A stretch of 35,806 bases of DNA, taken from an uncultured Planctomycetia bacterium. GTDB lineage: Bacteria; Planctomycetota; MHYJ01; CAYUME01. Below the pieces are notes generated by a model that saw only the letters and a list, made by a program, of their open reading frames with translations, did not search any database and was not told where the DNA came from. The stretch's first letter is position 1, and each line of letters starts with the position of its first letter. The stretch covers positions 1 through 35,806 of the forward strand of contig CAYUME010000002.1 of NCBI GenBank assembly GCA_964445475.1, read 5' to 3'. Below are positions 1 through 8,503 of the stretch, piece by piece. The translations under genes and the position numbers were made by a program.

Positions 1-1
1 G

Positions 2-904
2 GCGTCGGGGTCGGCCGCCGCGGCCGCTGCGCTCGTGCTCGCGCTGGCAGGCGCCGGAGCGGGCCGGGCCTCCGCCCGCCTTTCGCTTCGCGTCGATCCG
101 CCGGGTGCCGTCGTCCGTCTCACCCACGAGGAGGGAGAACGGCTCCCGGTGCCGGTCCCCCTGGGGGCGGCGCCGATCGAGGGCGCGCCGGTGCCATCCG
201 GCGACGCGCGCCTGCGCGTCGAGGCGCCCGGCCGTGCGCCCGTGACGCTCCCGTTCGCGCTGGACGCCGGTGCGGCCGCCGACCGGCTGCTGCGGCTGCC
301 GCTCGCGGCGGAGGTCCCCGAGGGCATGGTGGTCATTGTGCCGCCGCCAGGCGTCGCGGTGTCGCGCCCGTTCCTTCTCGACGGCAGCGAAGTGACCAAC
401 GCCGCCTTCAAGCGCTACTGCGACGCCACCGGCGCCCGGCCCCCCCGCCACTGGAAGCAGCGGAAAATCCCGGCCGGGCGGGAGGAACACCCCGTGGTGA
501 ACATGACGGCGGAGGAGGCGGAGGCGTACGCGGCGTGGGCGGGCCGGCGCCTGCCCACGGGGGCGGAGTGGCAATGCGCCGCGCGCGGGGCGGACGCGCG
601 CGCCTTTCCGTGGGGCGACGTGTTCCGCCCGGCCCTGGCCAACGCCGCGGATCATGGCGTCGGCGGGACGCTTCCCGTCGGACGGCTTCCCGCCGGCGAG
701 TCCCCGTTCGGCGTGCTCGACCTGGCCGGAAACGTCGCGGAGTGGACGGCGACGGCCCACCCGTTCGATGCCGCGCTGCGCCTGGTCGCGGGCGGCCACT
801 ACAACAGCCCCGCCGCCGACTGCGCGGCCTCCTCCCTCCAGCTCCGGCCCGCCGCCGAGCCCGCGATGACCGTCGGGTTCCGCTGCGCGAAAGACCTTCC
901 CTGA
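2..904 (+). CDS. FGE-sulfatase (SUMF1-like) domain protein with N-terminal PEGA-like beta domain; 5' end probably lies outside the window
   Basis: The frame is open from base 2, with no stop before the GTG at 35. The N-terminal ASGSAAAAAALVLALAGAGA looks like a membrane or signal segment. The C-terminal ~190 aa carries SUMF1/FGE hallmarks: SEVTNAAFKRYC, HPVVNMTAEEAEAYAAWAGRRLPTGAEWQCAARG, SPFGVLDLAGNVAEW, TVGFRCAK. GC3 is high. Confidence 0.85.
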   Translation, partial: ASGSAAAAAALVLALAGAGAGRASARLSLRVDPPGAVVRLTHEEGERLPVPVPLGAAPIEGAPVPSGDARLRVEAPGRAPVTLPFALDAGAAADRLLRLPLAAEVPEGMVVIVPPPGVAVSRPFLLDGSEVTNAAFKRYCDATGARPPRHWKQRKIPAGREEHPVVNMTAEEAEAYAAWAGRRLPTGAEWQCAARGADARAFPWGDVFRPALANAADHGVGGTLPVGRLPAGESPFGVLDLAGNVAEWTATAHPFDAALRLVAGGHYNSPAADCAASSLQLRPAAEPAMTVGFRCAKDLP

Positions 905-972
905 GCCGGTCTCCGTGCCCGCATCAAATTCGCTTTACACGCGCCTCCGGCGTGCGTACTGTGCCGTTGACC

Positions 973-1800
973 ATGATCCCCGCCCGCCCGTGCTTCGCGT
1001 CGTCCGCGGCCTGTGCCCTGGCCGGGCTCCTGCTCGTTTCCGCGGCCGTCCGCGCCGACGTCACCCTCCTTCGCGATGTCCGGCGTGAGACGACGACCTT
1101 CACGGATCGGACGATGCGGACCCGCGGGGAGGAGCGGATCCGCATCGGGGGGGACGCCGTCCGGATCGACGATCTGATGATGGGCCAGTCGGTGCTCGTC
1201 CGCCTGGACCGGAAAGCGGTGATCCACCTCAACGCGCTCCGGAAGACGGCATCGACCCTGTCGTTCGACGCCCTCGCCGCCCGGCGCGCGGCGGTTCTCG
1301 GCGGGGTGAGCGAGGCCCGCGAGCGGGCCTCCGGCACCTCCGATGCCGCCCGTCTCGACGCGGTCCTGCGCGGGTTCGGCCTCTTTCCCGCCGCGCCCCG
1401 GGTCGAGCGCCGCGCCGACGGGGAGCGGGCGACCATCGCCGCCCGCGAGGCGACGCGCGTCCGTTTCGACGTGGACGGCGAGCCGTGTCTCGATCTCTGG
1501 CTGGATGCGGGGGGGGCCGAGGCGAAGGCCTACGTCGAGGCGCTGGCCGCCCTGCAGGCCATTCCCCCCGGCGTCGTCGGGGCGCTCCGCCAGGCGCCCG
1601 GACTGCCCCTGCGTGAGGAGAGCCGGTACGCCTGGTTTCTCGACCGGGTCCGCGTCCAGGCGGAGACGGCCTCGATCGACGCCTCCGGGATCCCGGCCGG
1701 CGAGTTCGAGGCGCCCGCCGGCTACGCGGTCGCTCCGTTTGCCCTGTTGCCGGACGATGCCCCGCCGGAGCGGCCGGCGCCTCCGCCCGCGGGCCGATGA
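973..1800 (+). CDS. secreted hypothetical protein
   Basis: ATG at 973 lies inside the longer track ORF 535..1800, whose upstream part overlaps the previous gene and is Arg/Pro-rich artefact. MIPARPCFASSAACALAGLLLVSAAVRA is a signal peptide. GC3 is high. No family recognised. Confidence 0.7.
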   Translation: MIPARPCFASSAACALAGLLLVSAAVRADVTLLRDVRRETTTFTDRTMRTRGEERIRIGGDAVRIDDLMMGQSVLVRLDRKAVIHLNALRKTASTLSFDALAARRAAVLGGVSEARERASGTSDAARLDAVLRGFGLFPAAPRVERRADGERATIAAREATRVRFDVDGEPCLDLWLDAGGAEAKAYVEALAALQAIPPGVVGALRQAPGLPLREESRYAWFLDRVRVQAETASIDASGIPAGEFEAPAGYAVAPFALLPDDAPPERPAPPPAGR

Positions 1801-1825
1801 GGACCCGGTGCCCCGGATCCGCGAC

Positions 1826-2110
1826 ATGGAACGCGCCCGCACCCACGTCCTGATCCGCGGCCGCGTTCAGGGCGTGGGATTCCGCTACAGCACCCTGATC
1901 GAAGCGCAGCGCCTCGGGCTTGCCGGCTGGGTGCGGAATGTCGGCTACGACACGGTGGAAGCGGTCTTCGAGGGGCCGCGCGCGGACCTGGAGGACATGA
2001 TCGGGTGGTGTCACCGGGGTCCGCCGATGGCGCGCGTCGAGTCGGTCGACGTCGCGTGGGCGGCGTCCGAGGGAGAGACGGGATTTTCGTTCCGGTCGTC
2101 GACGGAGTGA
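1826..2110 (+). CDS. acyP: acylphosphatase
   Basis: Internal ATG at 1826 of track ORF 1343..2110. The 94-aa product has the acylphosphatase signatures VLIRGRVQGVGFRYST and GLAGWVRNVGYDTVEAVFEG. Confidence 0.9.
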   Translation: MERARTHVLIRGRVQGVGFRYSTLIEAQRLGLAGWVRNVGYDTVEAVFEGPRADLEDMIGWCHRGPPMARVESVDVAWAASEGETGFSFRSSTE

Positions 2111-2191
2111 CGCACCGCCCGGGTTCCAGCGCGGGCCGTCGCCGCGGCCGTATCCGGGCGGTCTGCGGGCCGGCGTCCGGGGCCCCGCATC

Positions 2192-3388
2192 TCAAAAGCC
2201 GGGTCCTCCCGGGCCCATCCCCTCCTCGGTCCGCGGCATGCCGAACGCCCCCCCCTCCTCCCACCACGTCAGCAGCGGAGGGGGCCTGTCGCCGGCGCCC
2301 CGTCCCAGGACGTAACGCACCCGCCGCGCGACGTTTCCCGACCGGGAGACCACGCGCGCGCTGAAGATGCTGCTCTTGAAGACGACCTCGCTTTTCAGGT
2401 GGTTGACCATCTGTTCCGTCACCCCCGGAATCCGGTAGAGCTCGGTGACGCTCTTGAAGACGCGGGGGGTCCCGTCGTCCTCCATCCCCATGCGATAGGA
2501 CAGGATCGCCTGCACGACCTCCGGTGTCATCTCCGGCGACAGGGCGAGAAGGACCTCCGGCAGGGCCGTGTTGAGGTTGACGCCGGGTCGGCGTGCCGCG
2601 ACGACCGGCGGCCGCGGCGGGGTCCCGGGAGGCGTCTGCGGAGTCTCGTCCGGCGCGGGAGGCGGCGTCGTGTTCACGTCGGGCGTGCCGCCCGGGGTCT
2701 GGGGCGTTTCTCCCGGCGGCGGCGCGACGGGCCGCTGCGGCAGCGGCCAGAGCGTCACGAACTCGAGCAGCCCCCGGAAGGGCTGCTTGGTCTGCGGGTT
2801 CACGCCTCCGTAGAGGAACTCCGGGTAGACGCCCGGGATCATGGCCAGCTCTTCGGGCATGACGAGCATCCGGTTCTTCGCCCCCTCTTCGAACTCCCCC
2901 TCCGCGTCGGGATCGACGTAGTCGGTGATCCGGGGCGCAAGGGTCTCGTCCGGGATGCCGAGGATGGCCACGAGCCGGGCCAGCTGCTCCCGGCCGACCG
3001 GGTCCGGCTTCCCGTCCGGGAGCATCAGGCGGTAGAGGCTGAACCGCCGCTCCTCGTCCTCGAGGGTGAGCTGGGCCATCGCGCCGGCCAGCTCCGGGAT
3101 CTGGAGGGGGCGGGCCCAGGGCTCGAGGAGGGTGTCGACGGCCGGCGCCATCTCGGTGTCGGTCTGCACGTAGAGGCGGGCGAACTCCAGGGCGGCCTGG
3201 GCGCCGCAGGCGTTGCGGAGGTCTCCGGCCGTGTTGGCCGACTGGATGACGTGAAGCCGCGTCGTCAGTCGGAGCTGGACGACGAGGATGATGAGGATGG
3301 CCAGGACGAGGAGCGTAAGGACGAGGGCGATGCCGCGGCGCGTCCGCCGGTCGACCGCGCGCGTCGCCGGTCTGGGGGTTTGGGCCAT
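2192..3388 (-). CDS. gspK: type II secretion / pseudopilin-system protein K-like (GspK family)
   Basis: ATG at 3388 (MAQTPRP...) lies inside track ORF 2192..3994. It has an N-terminal hydrophobic pseudopilin-like helix, RRGIALVLTLLVLAILIILVV. The C-terminal GVNLNTALPEVLLAL...ILSYR...FKSVTELYRIPGV helix-hairpin-helix module is typical of GspK. A Pro/Thr-rich insert separates the two parts. Confidence 0.8.
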   Translation of the reverse strand: MAQTPRPATRAVDRRTRRGIALVLTLLVLAILIILVVQLRLTTRLHVIQSANTAGDLRNACGAQAALEFARLYVQTDTEMAPAVDTLLEPWARPLQIPELAGAMAQLTLEDEERRFSLYRLMLPDGKPDPVGREQLARLVAILGIPDETLAPRITDYVDPDAEGEFEEGAKNRMLVMPEELAMIPGVYPEFLYGGVNPQTKQPFRGLLEFVTLWPLPQRPVAPPPGETPQTPGGTPDVNTTPPPAPDETPQTPPGTPPRPPVVAARRPGVNLNTALPEVLLALSPEMTPEVVQAILSYRMGMEDDGTPRVFKSVTELYRIPGVTEQMVNHLKSEVVFKSSIFSARVVSRSGNVARRVRYVLGRGAGDRPPPLLTWWEEGGAFGMPRTEEGMGPGGPGF

Positions 3389-3586
3389 CCGTCCGCCTGC
3401 CCTTCGGTCGGTCCCCCGAGCGGGGGCCGGCAACGCATATGGGTACCGTCTTTCTATTATAAACGCCCGCCGGGGTGTTCCGTTGGCCTTTTTCTTGACA
3501 TCCGCGAGGTGTCGGGAGTAACCTGAAATGCGAGGTGTTCTTTTCGTCGGCGCATGGCGCTGCGGTGTTTCGAAAGGAGACATTCC
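3389..3586. promoter_or_regulatory. divergent promoter region between gspK (-) and the 3587 gene (+)
   Basis: This is a lower-GC spacer. On the minus strand there is a perfect TATAAT (plus-strand attata 3456..3461) about 60 nt upstream of the gspK ATG. On the plus strand, TTGACA 3495..3500 is followed after 18 nt by TAACCT 3519..3524. SD AAAGGAGA lies at 3573..3580 before ATG 3587. Confidence 0.3.
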
Positions 3587-4543
3587 ATGAAACGGCTGGT
3601 TTTCCTCAGTGCGGTGCTTCTCCTTGCGATCGTCGCAGCCACGCTGCTTCTTCCCGCCCTTCGGGCCGAGGATCCCTCCCTGACCCCGGTCCCCGTCGAC
3701 ATCCGGGACCTCAAGCAGTCTCCGGAGAAGTTCGTCGGTCTCACGGTCCGCTTCGACGGGATGTTCCACGGCCTCGAGAACCTCTGGGCGCCTTTTTTCA
3801 CGCCGTTCGTCCGGGAGGATTACCTGGTCTTCTCCGTCTGGCCCTCCAATGCCGAGGTATGGACCCGCGAGGGGCGGCTCGATGACCTGCCGACCTGCTT
3901 CCTGCGGAAGAACGACAAGCTGGTCCGGATCCTGCTCGGGCTGAAGCCGTACGTGCCCGTCGAAGTGACCGGCATGGTCCTGAGCGATTTCCACAAGCTG
4001 CCCTGGATCGAGGTGACCGCCATCGACGTGCTGGGGGACGCGCGGTACAGCCGCGAAGAGATCCGCGAGCGGATCCGCGCGGTGCCCGAACCGAAGGAGG
4101 CCCCCCCCGCGCCGGCGTCGGGCGCCGCCCCTTCGGCGGCCGCCGTTCCCGCTCCCGCGCCGGCTGCGATGCAGGCCCTCCAGTCGCGCGTGGTGGAATT
4201 GGAGCGCGCTTTGGCCACCCGCCAGACCGAAAGCACCGACCTCCGCAAGCAGGTGGAGTCGCTTCGGGAGGAGAGCGCCCGGTTGAACGTCCGCTTCACG
4301 TCCGCCGACCGCGCCCGCCGCGATACCGAGAAGGCCCTGGAGGAATCGGAGCGGGGCGTGACCGCCTTGAAGTCGAAGAACGAGGCCCTCGCGAAGCGCG
4401 TGAACGACCTCGAGGGCATGCTGCGCACCATCTTCGGGTCGATCGAAGCGGCGACGGAGAAGCTGAAGGAAGTCGAGAAGAAGCAGGAGAAATCCGCCGG
4501 CGGCGAGGTCCCCAAGGCGCCCGCCCAGGTGAAGGCGGATTGA
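3587..4543 (+). CDS. secreted protein with globular N-terminal domain, Ala/Pro linker and C-terminal coiled coil
   Basis: ATG 3587 is preceded by AAAGGAGA, so the track start at 3554 is less likely. MKRLVFLSAVLLLAIVAATLLLPALRA is a signal peptide. The heptad-like segment LQSRVVELERALATRQTESTDLRKQVESLREESARL... suggests a coiled coil. No family recognised. Confidence 0.75.
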   Translation: MKRLVFLSAVLLLAIVAATLLLPALRAEDPSLTPVPVDIRDLKQSPEKFVGLTVRFDGMFHGLENLWAPFFTPFVREDYLVFSVWPSNAEVWTREGRLDDLPTCFLRKNDKLVRILLGLKPYVPVEVTGMVLSDFHKLPWIEVTAIDVLGDARYSREEIRERIRAVPEPKEAPPAPASGAAPSAAAVPAPAPAAMQALQSRVVELERALATRQTESTDLRKQVESLREESARLNVRFTSADRARRDTEKALEESERGVTALKSKNEALAKRVNDLEGMLRTIFGSIEAATEKLKEVEKKQEKSAGGEVPKAPAQVKAD

Positions 4544-4571
4544 TCGCCAGTTCCGTCCTTTCGCTCGCCTG

Positions 4572-4603
4572 CCGGCCGGCCTCGAGCCGGCCGGTTTCGT
4601 TTC
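4572..4603 (+). terminator. rho-independent terminator after the 3587..4543 gene
   Basis: Perfect 9-bp stem CCGGCCGGC (4572..4580) / GCCGGCCGG (4586..4594), loop CTCGA, followed by TTTCGTTTC. Confidence 0.6.
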
Positions 4604-4863
4604 GGGTCCGTCCGGCCCCCCCTCTTTTCCCCGGGATCCCCCTCTGCGGTCCCGCGCGAAAGCGGACAGTGAAGCCGCCCCGCCCCAAAGGACCGGCGTT
4701 TCCGGGCGGAGGCGGATGAAAAAATGGGCTCAAGGTTTCATGGGTTCCGGCCGAAAGAAGTTCATGCCGCGGGGAGGGTCCCGACGGACCTCCGCTCCGA
4801 CCCGGGGGCGGTGCGGCGGGTGGGGACGGTATCGGTGGGGGTCCATCGCTGGGGAGGAGAGCC

Positions 4864-5298
4864 GTGGAGGAGCCAATCCTGATTGTCGAGGCGGCAGACG
4901 CGCCCCGATTGTGGGCCGAGGACGGGCGGTGGCTGGAGCTCGAGGAGCTGCCCGTCGCGGGCGGGGGGACGATCGAGCGATGGCGGACCGGGGTCTCGAC
5001 GGTCCTGACTCTGGCCGCCGCCGCCGGCATCTTTGCCGTCGGCCTGACGTTCGTCCCGCCGACTGCGCCCGTTGCGGCTCCGGCGGCGTCCGTGGCGTCG
5101 GCGGAGTCGGGCGAGACGCACCGGGCGATGTTCGCGCGGATCGTCGAGCTGGAGGAGGCCAACCACCGCCTCTATACGACGATCGAGGCGACGCACCGGC
5201 AGCTGGCCGGGATCGAGGTGATTCGCGCGCGGATGGAGGCGGCCGCGGCGCCCGGCGAGGAGCCGGCGGTGCAGACGGCGGACGCGCGCCTGCGGTGA
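4864..5298 (+). CDS. bitopic membrane protein with short coiled coil (hypothetical)
   Basis: GTG start is preceded by GGAGGAG 5-6 nt upstream. One TM helix, VSTVLTLAAAAGIFAVGLTFV, is followed by RIVELEEANHRLYTTIEATHRQLAGIE. GC3 is high. No family recognised. Confidence 0.6.
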   Translation: MEEPILIVEAADAPRLWAEDGRWLELEELPVAGGGTIERWRTGVSTVLTLAAAAGIFAVGLTFVPPTAPVAAPAASVASAESGETHRAMFARIVELEEANHRLYTTIEATHRQLAGIEVIRARMEAAAAPGEEPAVQTADARLR

Positions 5299-5303
5299 AG
5301 GCC

Positions 5304-5351
5304 GAGAGACCGCCGTCCCCGGCACGGCGTGCCGAGGGGCGGCGGTCTCTC
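5304..5351. terminator. long GC hairpin between convergent genes (bidirectional terminator candidate)
   Basis: GAGAGACCGCCG (5304..5315) pairs perfectly with CGGCGGTCTCTC (5340..5351). The inner arms CCCCGGCAC / GTGCCGAGGGG extend the stem with small bulges. It lies between the stop at 5298 (+) and the stop at 5353 (-). Confidence 0.55.
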
Positions 5352-5352
5352 G

Positions 5353-6105
5353 CTATTCCGCGAAGACCTCGTTGGCCTTGTTGTACGAGTTGATGTCGCC
5401 GATGTCGTACCAGGTCCCATCCAGGACGTGCCCGTAGACGGGCACCTGGCGGTGGAGCCACTGGACGAAATAACCCGGCTGGTCCGGCTTGTTTCCCTCG
5501 TCCAGGTAGCGCTGAACGAGGGGGACGTGCTTCTTCGCGTAGAGGTAGATCGCGATCGAGATCAGCGTCCCCTTGGGGATCGGCGGCTTTTCCTCGAATT
5601 TGACGATCCGTCCGTCGGTCCCCAGTTCGACGACGCTGTACTGGCTGATCAGCTCGGCGGGCTCGCTCGCCAGGTCCTTCAGGCCGACGACCGACGAGCC
5701 CTGCTTCTGGAACGTCTTGACGAGGGGCGACAGCCCCGCGTTGAAAAGGTTGTCGCCGGCCACCACCAGCAGGTCGTCCTTGATCTTCGCCCGGTCGATC
5801 ACGAAGTGGATGTCCCCGATCGCCCCCAGCCGGTCGTCGTTCGTCGTGCTTCCGTCGTCGTGCAGCGTGATCGGGATCCGCGGGGACCGGCGGGCCTGCA
5901 GGTCCTCGATCCAGACGCGGTAGTTGTCGATGAACTTGTGGTTGGAGACGATGTGGACGGTGTCGATCTCGCGGACGGCGAGGATCTTGTCGAGGATCCA
6001 CTCCATCATCGGCTTCCCGGCGACGGGGAGGAGGGGCTTCGGGTGGCTTTTCGTGAGCGGATACAGGCGGGTCGCGTAGCCGGCGCCGAGGAGCAGGCAC
6101 TTCAT
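5353..6105 (-). CDS. sugar-phosphate nucleotidyltransferase (NTP_transferase family)
   Basis: ATG at 6105 gives MKCLLLGAGYATRLYPLTKSHPKPLLPVAGKPMMEWILDKI. This is the canonical G-x-G-x-R-L...K-P-L-L-P-V N-terminus of glucose-1-phosphate nucleotidyltransferase-like enzymes. VVAGDNLF lies downstream. Confidence 0.85.
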   Translation of the reverse strand: MKCLLLGAGYATRLYPLTKSHPKPLLPVAGKPMMEWILDKILAVREIDTVHIVSNHKFIDNYRVWIEDLQARRSPRIPITLHDDGSTTNDDRLGAIGDIHFVIDRAKIKDDLLVVAGDNLFNAGLSPLVKTFQKQGSSVVGLKDLASEPAELISQYSVVELGTDGRIVKFEEKPPIPKGTLISIAIYLYAKKHVPLVQRYLDEGNKPDQPGYFVQWLHRQVPVYGHVLDGTWYDIGDINSYNKANEVFAE

Positions 6106-6221
6106 GATGCGTGGGCTCGCAAAAAAACAGGGGAGTCCCGGTCCCGTCGACGCCATCCATTATGCGAAAGGGGCGGCGGTGACGTCAATACATAAAGCGG
6201 GGGCGTGTGTCGCCATTTGAC

Positions 6222-6249
6222 TTGCAACCGCCTTCCTCGCCCCTAGAAT
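6222..6249 (+). promoter_or_regulatory. sigma70-like promoter TTGCAA-16-TAGAAT, -10 box abutting the start codons of the PEGA lipoprotein gene
   Basis: TTGCAA at 6222..6227, 16-nt spacer, TAGAAT at 6244..6249. The second ATG (6257) lies 7 nt after the -10 box, which implies a leaderless or near-leaderless mRNA. Confidence 0.4.
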
Positions 6250-6832
6250 GGATGCCATGGTTCGCCCCGGGACGGCCCGCGTCCGCTCTTTCGTGCTCTC
6301 CGCCGGCCTCGCCTCGGCGGCGCTCCTCCCGGCCGCCTGTGTCGAGCGGAAGATGGTGCTTCGGAGCGAGCCGCCGGGGGCCGTGGCCTACGTGGATGAC
6401 GAGCGCGTCGGCATCACGCCCTGCGAGACCCCCTTCAGCCACTACGGGACGCGCAGCGTCGTGCTGGAGTACCAGCGCGAGGTGTTCCTGAAGGCCAACG
6501 GGGGCGCCACGCCGCCCGGGTTCGAGGGCGGCTTCCGGCGCGTCGCCGTGGACGCCCCCCTCTCCGTTCCCTGGTACCAGTGGCCGGGCCTCGACCTGGT
6601 CACGGAGATCGCGATCCCCTTCACCGTCACCGATGCCCAGACCTTCGACTTCGCGCTCGAGCCGGCGGATCCCCTGCCGACGCGGCCGGAAGACCGCGAG
6701 GCGCTCGAGCGCCGCAAGGCCGCCGTCCTGGAGCGCGCCCGCGGACTGCGCGATCACCTCCGCGCCCGGAACGAGGAGGAGCGCGCGCGGATCGATCCGG
6801 CCCCGGCGGAGGAGGCGGCGACGCAGCCGTGA
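6248..6832 (+). CDS. PEGA-domain lipoprotein
   Basis: Signal peptide with lipobox: RVRSFVLSAGLASAALLPAAC. PEGA-like segment: LRSEPPGAVAYVDDERVGITPCETPF. The alternative start ATG 6257 (MVRPG...) is favoured if the promoter call above is right. Confidence 0.75.
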   Translation: MDAMVRPGTARVRSFVLSAGLASAALLPAACVERKMVLRSEPPGAVAYVDDERVGITPCETPFSHYGTRSVVLEYQREVFLKANGGATPPGFEGGFRRVAVDAPLSVPWYQWPGLDLVTEIAIPFTVTDAQTFDFALEPADPLPTRPEDREALERRKAAVLERARGLRDHLRARNEEERARIDPAPAEEAATQP

Positions 6833-6870
6833 GGGCCGCGTCCTCCGGGTCCCTCTTGGGTGCGGACCGC

Positions 6871-8406
6871 ATGCGCCGGGCGTCCGGTGCGACCGCGGCG
6901 GCGGAGCCGCATGACCGTCCTAGTGGTCGGGCGAGGGGCGAGGCCTCGAGACCCGTGCTCACCTCCGAACTGGTCCCCCTCCGGAACCGACGCGTCCTGG
7001 TGATGGGCCTCGGGCTCGCCGGCGGCGGCACCGCCGTCGCCCGCTGGCTGGTCCGCGAAGGGGCCTCCGTCCTTGTCACCGACCTCCGCGGCGAGGCCGA
7101 CCTCCGCGAGTCGGTCGATGCGCTGGCGGGGTTCCCGGTGGCCTTCCGCCTCGGCGGCCACCGGGAGTCGGACTTCCGCGAGGCCGACCTCGTCGTGCGC
7201 AGCCCCGCCGTGCCGTCCGACCATCCCCTCCTGCGGATCGCCCGCGACGCCGGCATCCCGATCGACACCGAGATGAACCTCTTCTGGAAGCGGTGCCGGG
7301 CCCCCATCCTGGGAATCACCGGGTCGAACGGGAAGACGACGACGACCGCGCTCTGCGGCGAGATCCTCAAGCACGTCGCCCCAGCGCTCGGCGCGGCGGG
7401 GCGGCCCGTCCCGCGCGTCTGGGTGGGCGGCAACATCGGCCTCCCCCTCGTCGAGGTCGCGGACGAGATCGACTCCGGCGACCTCGTCGTCCTGGAGCTC
7501 TCCAGCTTCCAGCTCGAGGACCTCGCGTGCCTCCGGCGGAGCCCGCACGTGGCCGTGGTCATGAACCTGACGCCGAACCACCTCGACCGCCACGGGACCC
7601 TGGAGGCCTACGCGGAGGCGAAGCGGCAGATCCTGCGGGACCAGGAGGCCGGCGACGTCGCGGTCCTCAACGCCGACGACCTCCGGGTCCGGGATTGGGC
7701 CGCGGCGTGCCGGTCGCGGGTCCGCCTTTTCACGCTGGGGGCTCCGGAGCCGGGGCAGTTCGGCCGGGAGGGCGAGGTCCTGGTCGCGGAGCTGGCGGGG
7801 CGTGCCGTCCGGATCGGCGTCGCCGGCCGCCGCCTGCCGGGCCTCTTCAACCTGCAGAACATGGTCGCGGCGGCGGCGGCGACCTGGGACTACGCGGGAA
7901 GCCGGGCCCCCGGGGCGTGGGCCGAGGCGGCCGCGAACGTCTTCCGCGCCTTTCCCGGCGTCGAGCACCGGCTCGAGTGCGTCCTCGAGGCGCGCGGCGC
8001 GCGGTACTACAACGACTCGATCGCGACGAACCCGGAGTCGACGCTCGCCGCGCTGGAGGCCCTGCCGGGGCCGTTCGTCCTGATCGCGGGGGGCTACGAC
8101 AAGAAGCTGCCGTTCGACGCGCTGGGGCGGGCGGTGGCGGAGAAGGTGCGGGACCTGGTCCTGATGGGGAAGACGGCGGACGCGATCGAGGCCGCGGTGC
8201 GCACCGCCGGCGGGGCGACGCGGATCCGCCGCGTCGCCACCCTCGCGGAGGCCGTAGCCGCGGCCGTCGGACTGGCGCAGGACGGGGATTATGTCCTTCT
8301 CTCCCCGGCCTGCGCCAGCTTCGACCAGTTCCGGAACTTCGCGGAGCGGGGGCGGCTCTTCAAGCGGGAGCTGGCGGCCCGGGTGGGGCGGGACCCGGCG
8401 CCGTAA
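6871..8406 (+). CDS. murD: UDP-N-acetylmuramoyl-L-alanine--D-glutamate ligase
   Basis: RRVLVMGLGLAGGGTAVARWL Rossmann N-terminus, ILGITGSNGKTTTTAL P-loop, Mur-ligase middle and C-terminal domains (NADD, GVEHRLE, NDSIATNPEST, GGYDK). Start is ambiguous: ATG 6871 or GTG 6955. The latter gives a more typical N-terminal length. Confidence 0.9.
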   Translation: MRRASGATAAAEPHDRPSGRARGEASRPVLTSELVPLRNRRVLVMGLGLAGGGTAVARWLVREGASVLVTDLRGEADLRESVDALAGFPVAFRLGGHRESDFREADLVVRSPAVPSDHPLLRIARDAGIPIDTEMNLFWKRCRAPILGITGSNGKTTTTALCGEILKHVAPALGAAGRPVPRVWVGGNIGLPLVEVADEIDSGDLVVLELSSFQLEDLACLRRSPHVAVVMNLTPNHLDRHGTLEAYAEAKRQILRDQEAGDVAVLNADDLRVRDWAAACRSRVRLFTLGAPEPGQFGREGEVLVAELAGRAVRIGVAGRRLPGLFNLQNMVAAAAATWDYAGSRAPGAWAEAAANVFRAFPGVEHRLECVLEARGARYYNDSIATNPESTLAALEALPGPFVLIAGGYDKKLPFDALGRAVAEKVRDLVLMGKTADAIEAAVRTAGGATRIRRVATLAEAVAAAVGLAQDGDYVLLSPACASFDQFRNFAERGRLFKRELAARVGRDPAP

Positions 8407-8444
8407 GATCGAACGCGGAACCACGCGGGGTGTCGCGGCGTCCA

Positions 8445-8496
8445 AAGGCGCGGGGTCTTCCCGTCCGGGAAGGCTCCGCGCCTTGTCTTTTGTTTG
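8445..8496 (+). terminator. rho-independent terminator after murD
   Basis: AAGGCGCGG (8445..8453) pairs with CCGCGCCTT (8476..8484), enclosing an inner CTTCCC/GGGAAG stem. It is followed by GTCTTTTGTTTG. Confidence 0.6.
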
Positions 8497-8503
8497 AAAA
8501 ACG

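Noticed and set aside
3389-3994. N-terminal extensions offered by the track for gspK (to 3994), the 973 gene (from 535), acyP (from 1343), murD (from 6580), tsaB (to 22549), nfi (from 33296) and the kinase-like gene (from 22885).
   Set aside because: The extensions overlap neighbouring genes or promoters and have artefact-like composition. Conserved N-termini, signal peptides or SD sites mark the internal starts that I used.
4604-4863. A possible small RNA or small ORF in the 320-bp gap before the 4864 gene, including the ATGAAA...TTTCAT inverted repeat around 4716..4745 and the track ORF 4716..5393.
   Set aside because: Only short, weak hairpins are present and there is no promoter-like box. 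The ORF is an Arg/Gly-rich artefact overlapping the better-supported 4864 gene.
5353-6105. The nucleotidyltransferase gene looks less GC-rich than its neighbours, raising possible horizontal acquisition.
   Set aside because: The difference appears explained by its conserved Lys/Ile/Asn/Tyr/Phe-rich sequence. There are no flanking repeats, tRNA or integrase, and I cannot compute codon statistics here.
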